64,000 nt of DNA from Spizellomyces punctatus DAOM BR117 (Eukaryota): NCBI GenBank assembly GCA_000182565.2, contig KQ257451.1. The stretch is one strand, 5' to 3'. Under the pieces are notes generated by a model, which saw only the letters and a program-made list of their open reading frames with translations, did not search any database and was not told where the DNA came from. A program made the position numbers and the translations under genes. Of this stretch, positions 1 through 13,567 are shown one piece after another (the first letter of the stretch is position 1; every line of letters begins with the position of its first letter).

Positions 1-2430
1 AGCCTCAGGCCGACCTTTGGTCAATTGTTGTTAAATTTGGATATCTCCTCGACGGCCTTTTACCAGAACGGTTGGTTTCACCAGAGCCCTTCCGCGGTCC
101 ATAGCAGAGCGCTAAAGTGAGCAGTTCACCTATAGGAGCACTTCTGGATATCGTAGCCCGCTTCTTTCAAAGAGAAACCATTCAGGAAGTCAGTATAGAG
201 ACGTCGCGCGATCTTCAACGACTTACCCGCTTTCTGCAAGATGTCTCTATAGAAATTACGTACCGCACGACCGGTCGTCGCCGCTACAAAGTGAAAGGCC
301 TCACTCCCACATCAGCAGTCGAAACTCACCTCACAATTGGCAAAAGTTCATCAATGCAATATATCAGCGTCGCCGAATATTTCAAGCAAAAATATGACAT
401 TGAATTGGCCCATCCAAATTTACCCTGCGTTACCTCGGGGACGAAGAATGACATTGTAATTCCAATGGAGTTGTGTGTCGTGCGGCCGAATCAGCGACAT
501 ACTGGGAGACTCAACGATAGACAGGCTTCAGAGATGGTGAAGATTACGGCGTTATTGCCCAAAAACAGACTAGGGAGGATTGAGCAAGGCAAACAGTATG
601 TCTTTCTTATGAGAACGCAAGTGACCAGGAGTAAGAAAACTAAGACAACTCTCGTAGAGTAATGCACAGCGATGCAGCGCTCTTCGCAGCCTGGGGGGTA
701 CAGCTCGAGCCGCAAATGGTTGAGATAGAAGGTCGAATTCTACCGCCCCCACAACTCTCATTTCAACCACTTCCTCAGCCGCTTCTTCCCGGCCAGCCAA
801 ATCTCGCTTCACAAACATCAAATCTGATTGGGATTCCGGAGTTTGGGGCATGGAAGATGGAGCGTACTCGGAAATTTGCAGCTGGTGCTTCACTCAGATT
901 CTGGTCCGTTGCGGTGTTTGGGGATGAAAAAGACGTTCCTATTGAAACTGTTCAGGCATTTGTTCTGATGCTCATTCACGCTATGGAGGATAAAGGAATG
1001 GAAGTGTATAACCACAGACCAGAGATTGTGTATGGGCCCGCAAGGAGTGAGGTTGCGGCCACATTGACGCTGGCGGAAGAGAAAGCACGGGAGAACCCTG
1101 AAGCTGGCGCCAGAGTCTTGGGTGGGTTATCTGGCCACGCAGAGGTGCAGCTGGTATTGTGCATCATTTCTCAGAAGCATACTGTAAGTCGGCTAGTGTT
1201 CCCTGGATATACGAATCTCACTCAATGCGTTCGTTTGCAATACGTAGGTCTACAATGACATCAAGCGTGTTGCTGAAACCCAAATGGGTCTCATGACACA
1301 GTGTTGCATGTCTCGTCAAGTGCTAAAGCTTGAAGCAGCATATGTTGGCAATCTAATCCTAAAACTTAATACCAAGCTGGGCGGTATTAACGTCTTTGTG
1401 GATCCTGTTAAACAATTGAGATGTTTGGGTGAGCGGACGAGTACCATGATCTTTGGTGCGGACGTGACACATCCACCACCTGGGACCATCGAAGGACGGA
1501 GTATTGCAGCCGTGGTGGGCAGTGTAGACAGCAGGTCAGTTCAGACAATTCGTGATGCTGCCTCTGGTTAGCTCTATAGCTGAATCTCGTCTGATTATTA
1601 AGGTTTTGTGAGTACCGGGCATCGATTCGCATCCAAAATGCCCGGCAAGAAATTATTACCGATTTGGCGTCGATGGCATCCGAGCTCCTCGACCTGTTTT
1701 ACCAACGTGCTAAAATCTATCCCAAGCGGATCATATTTTATCGTGATGGTGTTTCGGATGGTCAATTTACTGAAGTTGCTTTGCAAGAGATTGCAAACTT
1801 GAGGAAGGCGCTTGTGGACAAGGGTGTTCAAGACGCGCGAATTACATTCCTGGTGGTGAACAAGCGACATCATGTTAGAGTTTTCCCAGTGGAAGACGGA
1901 CTGGAGAGAGGAAGAGTGATGGATCGCAAGGGAAACGCTATGCCTGGGACGGTGGTTGATACTGGTGGGTGTTCTTCTCATTTGCACATGAACAAGGTCA
2001 ATGAACTAATAACTAATTGTTTTCTGTTTGAATGGCAGGTATTGTCCATCCATACGAGTTTGATTTCTACCTTACCTCCCACGCCGGACTGCAAGGAACA
2101 TCTAAACCAGCACATTATCATGTCTTGTACGATGAGAACAGATTTACGGCTGACGATCTTCAGGAATTGACGTATCGGCTGTGTTATTTGTATGCCAGGA
2201 GCACGCGTTCAGTAAGTATCGTTCCTCCCGCGTACTATGCCCATCTCGTCGCTGCGCGGGCACGATGCCATGCAGCATCCATGCAGTCGACTTCAGCAAC
2301 GGGTATAACAGTGAAGGAAGGAGATTTCAATTCAATGGCAGAACAAAATGAGACCCCCAAAAAACGGGTGGGCGTTTTGGAGATTGGAAAAGTGGCAGTG
2401 GAGTTGCAGAGGAAAATGTATTTTACTTGA
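1..2430 (+). CDS. Argonaute (AGO clade), 5'-truncated by the window edge, multi-exon; PAZ, MID and PIWI domains
   Basis: PAZ-like [29 protein letters not shown] ([19 protein letters not shown]); PIWI motifs [56 protein letters not shown]; stop at 2428-2430. Confidence 0.97.
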
Positions 2431-3467
2431 TGATGGGCTAGAAAGTAGATAGCATTTGTGTAACTGTCGTTGTTTATAGTTTTTTTTTGTTCATAGCTTG
2501 GATTCTAGACTGAATATACTTTCCTTCTTATAGGCTAGCTTGTTTGTCCATATTTGGTGACGGACGTGCATATCGCACTTCTTCGGATTGTAGGATTCAC
2601 GCATCTAGACAGTCAACCGTCCATAAAAATATAAAGTTTGTGGAATCAAGATATAAGTTGATGTGCATGGTGATGATTAAGTTAGAATACGATTCTATTG
2701 TAGACTACGTAATAGAGCTATTGTCCCAGTAGGCTGCACTTAACCTTATAGCCACGTGGCTAAATATGTTATTTAGGGTAGTTGTTTGCCAATGTATTGA
2801 GCAATTGATATTGTGAAACTAAAGGACCCAATACCCTCCATCAAGATAAACATAAATGCCATTTCCTCTGTTCCAAACCACTATCAAACTCTCCTCCAAT
2901 CTCAATCATTCATAATATGCTCACCCATCGTGTTGTTGTTTGTGGGGAGTGTGTTCGTAACGCCTTGGTTAATGAATATGATTCTCTAGCTGTCATTGAA
3001 ATTGAAAGGTTAGAGTCTTCACCGCTGGGATGACAATGGACGGAGATTTTAAAAGTTCTTCAATGATAATCCTTTACCTCGCTCAGATTGCTATGTCTTC
3101 TTTTCTTTACTATATTGTTAGATCAAACTTAGTATACACTGGTAGACTGTCTGATAGAAAGAAATATGCTCTCCAGGATTATCCATATCACCGCACACGA
3201 ACACGAGCTTAAATTAGATGGCTTCCGCTCACACCGCCCTTGTCAAGAAAGGTAAAGAGGGTATCACCTTTCAAAATCGTCACCTGGAACCGACGACTCA
3301 GGGGCAGAGGACTCTCAAGCCAGATGCCCGAAATTACCCTAGTGTGCATTGTAGTATGTTTTGCATCCTGAAAATGCTGCTTTGTTCTTGGAATGTTAAC
3401 AGTGCGAATTCTCCTCATTGCTAATCAAAAATATTATAATTTGGTAATGAAATCATGTATATCAACA

Positions 3468-6400
3468 TCAGAATCCTCCGTCTTCATCTCGTTCATCCTG
3501 GTCAAAGAAGCCTTCCACGCTCTCCACAACGCTGGCCAGACTCGAAGACCGAGAAAACCGGGGAGTGGATGCGTTTGAAGGATCTACTGAGAGAATTTGT
3601 TAATAGACGTTTTCCTGAACGGGCAGCATGTGGATCGATACTTAACCATGATTTTCTGATGTAGTGGGTTCAACCTCAACGTCATGATTATCCTTCCAAG
3701 TAGACTGACCCGAAATCTTGCCAGATATTTGGGGATACTTCTTCCGTGCAATATGTCCTCTTACCAAAGCCTGTATGATTTGTGCTGCCTGATATGGTTC
3801 AATTAACTTTTAGATCGTATTGATGTTTACTGGATCTTTCAATCAAATACCTCATTTCGCTGGACTTCCAAAAGCGCATCTCGGCTAGCGCTTCTGGACG
3901 GTGGCTGCACGACGGATCGTGCTGAAGGCGTACGTGGCACACTATGAACAATAAATTCATCCTTGTCCTCACATAGACCAGCTGATGATTGAGGAGTTTG
4001 GCGTGATACCGAAGACGTGTGCTCAATATTTTGATCTGATGCATGCAACACATTTGGTGGGCGGGATCCTTGTTCTTCGCTCCCAGGCTGAGCTAGCCCG
4101 CCGCCTTGTATGGCGCTTTCGGTAAGTGATTCCATTGACGGCAAGCGTGAGTTCGAGCGATTAAGAGATTGTGCTGACGGCGCGCGAATACGATCCCTAT
4201 CTCCTGCCGGCTGAGATGACGAAATCCTACTTGTTGATGCACTGGATGAGATAGACTGTGAGCGTGAGTGATGCTGTGAGGATGGTTTGGACGTAGAAAT
4301 GCCAGATGGTTCAGAAGCTGCTGGAACGGGGAGTGATTGCGTGGTTTTTCGGGTGTCATCGCCTTCTGCCCGTCCTTCTTCAGTGTGCAGTTCCCGCTAG
4401 TTCAGCAACCTGAAATGAGGACGCTGGAAACTAGACTCTAGTGTGGTCCAAATTACCACCTACCGGAATAAAGGAGACCTGCGTCGGTGACCTACTGAAG
4501 GGTCGGTAATTAGTCCCGACTGGTGTCTTTTCATCATCGTCCTCCTCATCCACAAAAAGTTTTCTATGGTCAAACGCAGTTTTAATCGGGTCTGTACTTT
4601 GCCTATCCGCTCCCGGGCGTGATGTTTCATTGTTGCTGGTGCTATTGTTATGTGCCAGGCTGTAAGTATTGCGTAGGGAGAAGACAGCCGCAAAACGTGA
4701 TTCTGCATACCGGTCGACATTTGCCGCCGTACGCATTTCTGTTTTTCGCCTCAGCTCCTTCACCAAGGTATCCAGTGTTTCCACCTCCTTCCTCAGCTTT
4801 TCATTAACCACAAGCTCTGACATGTAGTCCTTCTGGTACTGATCGCGTTCTTTTCTAATAACACTGCACTCCGCACTATATTGTGCGGAAAGGGACTCTT
4901 GTGCGGCATTCGATTCTACAAATAAATGACGCTGTTGGATTCTCGGTTTATCGCTCAGCAACGGAATACGGCATGTAAATACCTCTAAGCTTCTTTCGAA
5001 GATCCTCCAGTTCCTTCTTTAGTATACTGGCATGCTATATTCGTTTATTGGCTGAGTCAGGAGCGTGAAGCCACATTGCATTGCCTCAATCATCCAAGCC
5101 CACCTTTTCAAATTGCACACATCTACCTTGACTCTCCACCAACTCCTTGGTCTTTCGATCCCTCTCCCGACCAAGGTTATCGAGCGCATCCTGTAACCCT
5201 TTTAGCTGCTCTTGCAAATCTGCAAAGTCCTTGTCAATTTTCATGTATCGCCGACTGCCATCAATTTCTCCCACCTCTCAGCTTGTTGTCTACTCTGCCA
5301 GGCTTTTCCATCTTGCCCAATTCGATCCTCAACTTCTCCATGTCATCCTTGTACCGATCATCTAACTGTCGATATTTTTGCTCCCATTCTTTGATTTCCT
5401 TTCCGGCCTTTTCTTTCACCGCATGCATTTCTTCAACTGCAGTCTTATAAGCTCTATCGAGGGTAGCAAGACGATGTTGGAGATCGGAAATGGTTGATTC
5501 AAGAGTAGCGATGCTAGCGAGCTGGGGAGACTGCTCGTTTGATTGGTTTGAAGAGTGCCCTTCGAGGGACTGTTTATTTTACCTTTCAGTATGAATGGGG
5601 TGGAGTTCTGACCAACATACCTTTTAAAGTCGCATTCTGCCGCAATGCCTCGTTCAATTTCTGCGTGAGCTCATCGACCACTCTATCGTAACCCAACAAG
5701 GTGTCCGAGTCTTGTTCCATCACATGGGTATCCGCTTTCCAGTGTTCTAGAAGGCGTCGTAGTCGAAGATTCTGTGGCAAGAGTTGGGAACCAATTATTA
5801 ACTCTACTTCAAACGGCCGCCTCTGTTTAACTCGCGTACGTCTTGAAATAGGTTTTTACATTCCAACTCACGGTTGACGAGTGTAGTATAGCGTGTGCTG
5901 AAAAAATTCCTCAATATTTTTGAAGAGGGAGCTATGCTAGGATCAGAGTCTACACACCTCTGCTTCAAACTCGCAACCGTCGCCTCAAGCTCCTTAGTTT
6001 TCTTCTCATAGTGCTTCGCCGCGCTTCGTAAACTAGAAATGGTCTTTGAGTGGTCACGAGAAATGAGCACAATATTGCTAAGAAGAGATGACCTGTTCCG
6101 AAGGACGAACCTTATCTTCCGGAATTAGTATATCTTTTGCTGCCCTGCCCGTCTTTCCCGGCAAGTAGCTCATACTCTGAATTGAGCAATTCATTAAGCA
6201 CATGTCAATTCAACGAGCGTACGACATTGACAGTAACTATTTACGTTGATAGCCAGCATTTCTTCATATCTTCTGTCCATCTTACTGATCTCCTGTTCTA
6301 AAGTACGTATCTTCGTCGCCATCACCTGAGAGAGCACGCCAGTAAGAATGGGAGGTCGTGTAGATGAGTTAATGGTGGTCAGCAACATGCCGCACTAGTC

Positions 6401-7077
6401 TGCAGAGCTCATGTTCACCAACCTTTCGCTCTTGAGTCAGATCATTGATCTGACCCTTTGCATATAGCAGCTCTTCCTGCAATGCTTCTGGTTCCTTGAT
6501 AGTCGGTACTTGCCGCTGCTGGCGTGATTTCCTTGGTGAGTGACCATCTATAAATAAGACCAGAAATATGAGAATTTGCAATAAGCGCATTAAGAGCTTC
6601 TGTACATATACCCAAACCTTTTCGATCAGTGCATCTGCGAGCACTACCCAAACTCTCTATTGTTGTGGTGTACAATTTGATCACGTCTGGAGAAAGACGT
6701 TTGCCGATACCTTTAAAATGGTAAAAGTAGAAGGTTGATAATCAGCCCCGCAGTTGCAGGCAGCTGATGTAGATGATCTGGATCCTTGCCTGTTGACTTT
6801 GTGGCAGATGCTGTTCGTTTTACGGCATGATAATGATAGTTAGCGATCGAACAGTCGTAGATGGCGATGCGCTTGCATCCATGCAGCTCTCGGACCAAAA
6901 ATTGCATCAAGACCAACCGGTTCTGAAGTCAGGTATTCCGGCCTTCTTTTGTCCATCTCCACTTTCTCCGCTCCTTTTCCGATTTTGTGGTGGATATTGA
7001 GAGTCTGGGTCTTCTCGTATTTCTTCTATGAAAGGAGCTAAATTATCGTACTTCCTCGAGTAAGGCATCACGGCCAT
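3468..7077 (-). CDS. Long coiled-coil protein with a C-terminal IQ motif, IQCE-like (multi-exon)
   Basis: Spliced coiled-coil exons; VMATKIRTLEQEISKMDRRYEEML resembles the IQCE N-terminal block as recalled; IQ motif AAQIIQALVRGHIARKKY near 3740-3795; ATG at 7077, TGA at 3468. Confidence 0.6.
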
Positions 7078-7253
7078 TGCCACTTTAAAATGTTAAGTCT
7101 TGAAGATGCGGATGAAATTGTTAATTGTTCATACTTCCAGGATGCTGATCTGCTATGCTTATATAAGCAAGGCAGAAATGATATGGTAAGCTAAACTTGC
7201 CTGTCTGCCTGCAACTTCAAACTTCCAGTGTTAGATACCTGAGTAGAAGAAAC

Positions 7254-8522
7254 ATGTCCGATACAGATGACGACGCCGATGTTGCCCCCGCGGTCGATCT
7301 GCCTGCCAAGCCTTTAACTGCAGATCTCGTCAGTTCTCATATCTCCCTCCTCGCACGCACCGGCAACGGCCTCTCTCATGCCTATACACGCCTCGAAATC
7401 CACGACGAAGGTCTAACTGATGTGAACATTTTAGAGTCTTATCCTCACCTGCGCTACATTGATCTCTCGCTGAATGCGCTGGACGATGTTACGGCGCTGA
7501 ACAGCCTGGAATACCTCCTCGCATTAGATCTTCATTCAAATCATTTGAGAAATATTCCAGCTGTACTGGATAAAAAGAAGTATTTACAGCATGTGAACTT
7601 GGCGAGAAACAAGATTGAGAGATTTGAGGTGACGTCTTGGCCGCTTTGCGCGTGGCTGAACTTGAATGGTAAGATAGGTTGACAAGGAAACTTGGTGATC
7701 CATTTGACATTTTTTGGGTGTTCAGAAAATAGCCTTCCATCGCTCGCCCTCCCGGACTTTTCATCCCTCCTCCATCTTGAAGCACGCTCCAATGTTGCCA
7801 AATTAGTGTCACCTCTGATGGCTCCAAAGCTCCAAAAGCTTTATCTTGGGAACAATCCTTTGGAGAAGCTCTCGAACATTGATCTTGAAGGAAAGCCGTT
7901 TCTCCAGCTTTTGCATTTGAGAGAATGCGGAATTAAGAGTCTCGAGACAGGGAAAGGCGTGATGGAGGGGTTGAGAAGTTTGGTTTACTTGAACTTGAGG
8001 TGGGAATTATGAGCTTTGGTGGTCATCACCTCCTTAGATGTTAGCCCAGATTTCTCACTCTTCACATTTCTGCAAAACTACAGAGACAACAAGATACAAT
8101 CGCCAACACAAATCGATCACCTTCAGCCCCTCAGTCGCTTGAAGATTCTCGTACTAATGGGTAGAGAATAACAACAGTTTCTTGATGATTGGCTGTCCAG
8201 ATTGATCTTTTTGCCTATTGTCTCAGGAAATCCGATCGACCAGCATCCCTCATACCGCCTCGAAATCGTTCATCGTCTGCCAAAGCTCGAGCGCTTGGAT
8301 AAGGATCCTGTGACTGACGAAGAAAGAGAAGAAGCGGAGCAATACCGGCTTCAGCTAGAGCGAGAGAACGCAGAAGCCGCCGCAAGTGGGGCTACAGTAG
8401 GTGAGGATGACGAAGGGGAAAGCCAAAAGGTAGGAGGGATCATATGCATGTAAATGACAAACTGCGGGTCATCATTGAAGCATATCCTTCGGACGCAGGA
8501 AGGAGATGAGGAAGGCGATTAA
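7254..8522 (+). CDS. LRRC23: Leucine-rich repeat protein LRRC23-like (axonemal radial-spoke associated; LRGUK N-terminus is related)
   Basis: ISLLARTGNGLSHAYTRLE..LRYIDLSLNAL matches the LRRC23/LRGUK N-terminus; SDS22-type LRRs; LRRcap GNPI..YRLEIVHRLPKLERLD; acidic tail. Confidence 0.8.
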
Positions 8523-8686
8523 ATGTGGTCGGTGCAGTGGGGCGTAAAACAGGAAAGATTTAGGATGATGCGAAATAGATGTGACCTCCAAAGCAAGGAA
8601 AATCAAAGAATCCTTCATCTGTGACATCTTGACAGAACAGGATGGAAGACCCAGCCAGGGAAGAATTGGAAACCGATATGGCTACA

Positions 8687-9423
8687 TTACTTCTCTTTCT
8701 TTGATAGGTGCTCATCCACAAGTCCCTTCTCTTTTTGTCCCTTCGCTATTAAAAAGGAACCTCCGACAACACATGCTATACCTGCCCACCATTGAGGATT
8801 CATCATCGCCATGTCATGGAAAAGCAAGTATCCAAACAAACCCTAATTCATTAACATGTCAGGAAGGAAAATGCTTAAGCCTACGGGAAGACAAAAAAAT
8901 TGGAGATTTTATGGCTATGTCGCACCGTAAAACACATGTTCGCCGCACTGTTGACGACGGTAACTTGCACAGACGCTGGAGCAAGGTTTAGCCCCTTTGT
9001 GAATAACGTCCACATCATAGCGTTCGAAAGAACCACGAGGATGACGCAGGCAACACGAAAAACTATTGTTGCCTGTTGCAGAATACGTTGTGATTAAGAA
9101 AGGATATGTTTGACAAGTCCAGACAGGATGCAACCAGAACAGAAACACCACAGACTCTTTAGAAACCCCCAGATCCCAGCAATTGATTGACCTACCTTTT
9201 GCAGACAATCACTTATCCATTCTTTGCCCTCACCCACTAAACATACCCATTTGCTGACATACCATATCGAACCCCCAGCACTAGACAAATCGTTGGTATC
9301 TGGCAACGCAGCAAGCTTGCTAAATACCGATGCAAGAGACGCGGCTACACCCGAAGATACTGCGAACAACCAGTGACGTGAGTTGGCCCATTTCGACTGG
9401 GGTGGCCTGTTTTTGTTGCTCAT
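8687..9423 (-). CDS. TMEM42: TMEM42-like small EamA-related membrane protein (3 exons)
   Basis: FAVSSGVAASLASVFSKLA; spliced LSNAMMWTLFTKGL..VTVVNSAANMCFT/GLFGYLLF..WWAGIACVVGGSFLI; stop at 8687. Confidence 0.8.
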
Positions 9424-10011
9424 CTGTATCTGGGAACGCGGCAAGTGGAAAACGGACGCAAACACGAATAACGCTGGCTCAACCCACGTGATTCAACCAG
9501 TGGAGCATCTCAGGCCAAGCTCATGAACATAGTTGCCCGGAAAGGTCCAGTTAAGGCAGGGCAGAAAATAAAAGGGAGACAGTGCACAAGGAAATTTGGG
9601 ACTTGTTCCTTCGTTGTAAGGAAGAAGAACAAGCAAGTCGTCCAAAAAAAATGGTTCAACTATCCATCAAGCTCTCCCAATCCCTCAAATGACTTCGATA
9701 CTGTAATAGTTGGGTTATGTCCAATAGCATTACTTTGAGGAACATTGCACTCGGACATCCAAAGGAAAATAGGATTTTCCTCCTCCTATCCTGTACTCAG
9801 AGTGCTCCACTCATTCCAGGACAGGTACTGCACTGTCTAACTATGTGTACTTCGCTCCCTTAACTGACACTATGAACGCCGGAGAAACCATTGAAGTACC
9901 TGTAAGTGCTTGCGTGTAGATTTAGGTCATGTGCTGCAAAAAGCAGCCTGGGACGACAGCCATCTCTGTGGTTTCATGACGACATTGAAGAATGATTCGG
10001 GTTGGACTTCC

Positions 10012-11062
10012 TCATCTCGTCACCTCCCCCCAGATCTCGTCAATCCATGAGCCTTCAGCTGACTCGATGCAGCGACGATATTCATCATTTTCAGTCCAGT
10101 CAATGCCTCTCTCCAGTATTATTCCCTGGGTTAATAGATGAGTACAGAATACAAGGACCGCAAGAGTAAAAGCACCCACCATTAGAAGATTTCCCAGCAC
10201 TCTTCGCTTCTCCTTTAGCTTTTGCAATTCTATCGAGTTTCTACGCAATAGCATCATTAAATAAGGAGTAGTGCCTCTTGAACCGCTCCCGTGTACCTTA
10301 CCTTGTGATTTCATCCGTCTCTTCAACGTGAGGCGACGAACTGCAGGTGTTCTCGCTAGGTTTGCGTAGGCCATCATTCTCTTGCATTAATTCTGTCGCA
10401 AGAGACGTCAGCCTCAGCCTCCATCAACCGAACGGCCCCCCATGTACGTACCACTTATATGTTGCTCTCTTAGCACGTTTTCCCATGATAAAGATTTGAG
10501 CTTGTCCCCTTGCTTCGAATATTGTGTTGTGAGTGCATCCCGCTCAACGAGTTTTCTTCGAAACTTTCTGAGGACGCTGGAGTGAGCACTTGGTCAAACG
10601 CGGAAGGTGCGGTGAACATACAGATCCTCTCGAAATTGCGGATTGTAGACTGCAGATAGCACCCGCGGCTGGTCATGACACCTATAGCCAACCAAGAACA
10701 CAAGTTTAGAGCCCGCTCGTGATGTCAAATGAGCATCGGTGGATGTGGTACCGTCTGATAATGAGGGCCTCCGTGCTTTGTCTGCCCATGATTGAGAGAA
10801 GCTCCCAATTCGATCGGCGGATTTGATCTTGCAGCACGCATTCCTCGTTTGTATTGATGTCCAATGCAAGGAGCGACTCCGTTTGGCGTAGCCTCACACG
10901 ATAAGACTCTTCAAGCTCTTTCCATTGCAGTAGCTCTTGCACCTTTGGGAGAACAAGGGTTTCATTGCGCTCGTTGGGTGAGTCATGGCAATCTGACTGT
11001 GTGATCATGACTGAAGGGATGTGTGAATGATCAGCTACACTCGCCAACGCGGTGCGGCACAT
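10012..11062 (-). CDS. Probable CENP-H/Fta3/Mcm16-like kinetochore protein (multi-exon)
   Basis: Spliced coiled coil (LVERDALTTQY) ending LGNLLMGIILERGIDWTENDEY, similar to the CENP-H C-terminal ILxSGVDWAEDxxL signature. Confidence 0.6.
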
Positions 11063-11152
11063 CAAACGGACATGTTCTGGAGTGGGACTGCTTTTCAATT
11101 CTGCAGATGTTTAAACTGGTCTGGGAAACATAACTGCTCTCACATTGCAATA

Positions 11153-11499
11153 TTAAGTTTTATTCCCTTGACTAATTTCAGCGCTTTGGACCCATGCCTC
11201 CACTTCTTTCTCCGTAAACCGATGCATACCAACCATCTTATCGCCAGCGTGTAAAACTGGCACATCAAACATGTATTTTCTGAGCCATTCTTTATTCGCG
11301 GGTTGCTCAATATCTATTTCGGTCAAAACGAATGGGACCTTTGAACCAGTATGAGCGTCAGAATGAAGTGCGTTCCAAGGACATTAGCGTGGAATGAGAC
11401 CTTCTGTTGGACACGTAATATAGTTTCCTTTGCAGATTCGCAAAGACCGCAATACTGTTTGGTGAAGAGGGTGAGAGTAGGAGTTAAGCGAGGTCGCAT
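11153..11499 (-). CDS. Glutaredoxin-like protein (DUF836, YDR286C/C5orf63 type), 2 exons
   Basis: LTLFTKQYCGLCESAK (CxxC); after the intron, EIDIEQPANKEWLRKYMFDVPVLH; TAA at 11153. Confidence 0.88.
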
Positions 11500-11702
11500 T
11501 GTGGAAATGGTGAAGATCACCGCTGTGTTGCTTTCATGCTGCTTTACAGTAAGCGGCTCCGTCCGGATTGACTTGGGAAAGAAATCATCAAATGTCACTC
11601 AAATGGATTCTATCACCTTGCAATCTTGCCTTTTTTGATTCTAATGATCCGCAATGTCGAAAGCAGCTTCACCTTTGTCCTATTTCATCCGATCCATCCA
11701 GG

Positions 11703-12209
11703 ATGATTCACAAGGCTGCCGTGAGATGCCTTACAGGGCGTTTACGGACCCGCATATTAGCTGCACCATCTTGCACCCTTCGGGCTTTTGCCACCTCCAC
11801 CTCGGACTTTCCTGATTGGTCTCGCAAACCACCGGCTCCAGATAGTGCGGAGAATCCTGATTACCTTCCCAACATTGCTGTTCCACGGCCTATCCGCCCA
11901 GCTACCGAGGCCACATCTACGAAGCGAGCACGGCTAGTCTATGCCTCCCGAAAGCGGGGGATTCTTGAAACGGACTTGTTGCTGTCGACCTTTGCGGGTG
12001 AACACTTGAGTGAATTATCAAGGGAGGAGCTGGAAGAATATGATAATTTATTGGAGGAAAATGATTGGGATATCTATTATTGGGTTACTGGAACGGAGGG
12101 GAAGATTGTACCGGAACGGGTGCAACAGATGAAGGTTTTCCCAAAAATCGTTGAGCACGCAAAGAATAGGGGGAGGAAAATTCTAAGGATGCCAGACCTG
12201 AAGGAGTAA
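11703..12209 (+). CDS. SDH5: Succinate dehydrogenase assembly factor 2 (flavinylation factor)
   Basis: RARLVYASRKRGILETDLLLSTF..NDWDIYYWVTG; Arg-rich mitochondrial presequence. Confidence 0.95.
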   Translation: MIHKAAVRCLTGRLRTRILAAPSCTLRAFATSTSDFPDWSRKPPAPDSAENPDYLPNIAVPRPIRPATEATSTKRARLVYASRKRGILETDLLLSTFAGEHLSELSREELEEYDNLLEENDWDIYYWVTGTEGKIVPERVQQMKVFPKIVEHAKNRGRKILRMPDLKE

Positions 12210-13567
12210 TTCAGTCTATCTAGCGTTTCCTTACACCGCTAATATCACCACTATCTCGCATTGGATTGGGATTCTGACAGTTTGACAACTTTGACTAACG
12301 AATCCTTGTTCCCGGGTCCGCCTCTTACAAGGTATGAGGTCGGCAATCTCTCGCTACCACTGACTGGCAAACATTCTGCATGGCTGTCCCCGTGCCTTTC
12401 GGCAGGCGTCCAGACAACCGAACTTCATGTCATTTCCATAATCCGTCCGCTCCCGTCAATCCTCTGCTGCGAATGGTTGTAATAGGCTGACATCTCATCG
12501 ATTTCCGCGCCAAATGGCCGATCCCTGAACAAGATCTCACAATGGTGTACACGTGGAAGAACGGGCCTCTTTTTCCTTAGTGATGTGCAGGTGGTAAAGC
12601 ATCCGGTGTGCCCTATTCTCAATCTCGACGGTATCGAATGAATTGAAAGCCTTACCGGCGGGGTTGATATCTTTGGGGATAGGGTCAGTACATGCTACGT
12701 GCTCATATGCCGACCGTGGACATCAGGAAGTATACTATGGAGATAATTGTACTGCCTTAATCTTGGCAGTTGGTCCCATGTAAAATAGTCGAGAACATGT
12801 CGTTTGACCCAAACTTGTGACGCGCCTTTCTCCTCATGGTCCACTCTTCAGTGATTACCGCTACATCAGAAACCCGCACGGCGTTGGCCTACGTCCGTTG
12901 ATGCTGGGCCAAATGGCCATACTGGCGCCTCAGCGGGCTGTCATAGCGTATTGTAATCGACTACTCTTCAATTGACACAGTCCTGTAGCCTTGGGCAAGA
13001 AATCCGATCACCGTTTTTGATCGGGAACAGTAATAAGTCGAACAGCTAACTATTGGAACTTCTCCCAATAGTGAGGCAGCATTACAGCGCCATTTCAAAG
13101 ACTGGGCCCAATTGCGCAAGAATCCAGCCAATCTCCCGATACGCCCTGCTCTTTCTGCTTCCAAGTGGCTTCACTCAGCATCAATCTATCTTGGGATGGC
13201 CGCGGATCCTCGCCGACTTCATTCCTAGTCTTGACTTCAATGGGCAGGCATCAACTTCTCCTTTGAAGCAATCTTGTAACTCAATATATTTGAGCTTGAT
13301 GGTGCGCTGTTCGATAGTCCCTCCCGCAATGAGGTGTAAACTGAGATGGAGTTTAGTTTATCTGGCGCCTTCCCGTCGACCGGGAGAACCGCTGATATAG
13401 AACGCTATAAAACTAATTGGCGATTGGGCAGAACTCCATTTGGGGTCTAAAGAACACGCTGCTGGCTTATGCGGGAAGAGTGGCTCAGTCGATCGGAGGG
13501 GCCCGTCGCGCTTTCAACTTTGTGTTTACCAGCCGACGAACCCACCACAAGCCGTCGAACGGCGGCC

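Noticed and set aside
2749-2762. 14-bp palindrome TAGCCACGTGGCTA downstream of Argonaute
   Set aside because: Isolated, lies between convergent genes, with no terminal repeats or other mobile-element signs; may be chance
12240-13400. Possible gene between SDH5 and CEX1
   Set aside because: I could not assemble a consistent spliced frame or recognise motifs on either strand; left unannotated
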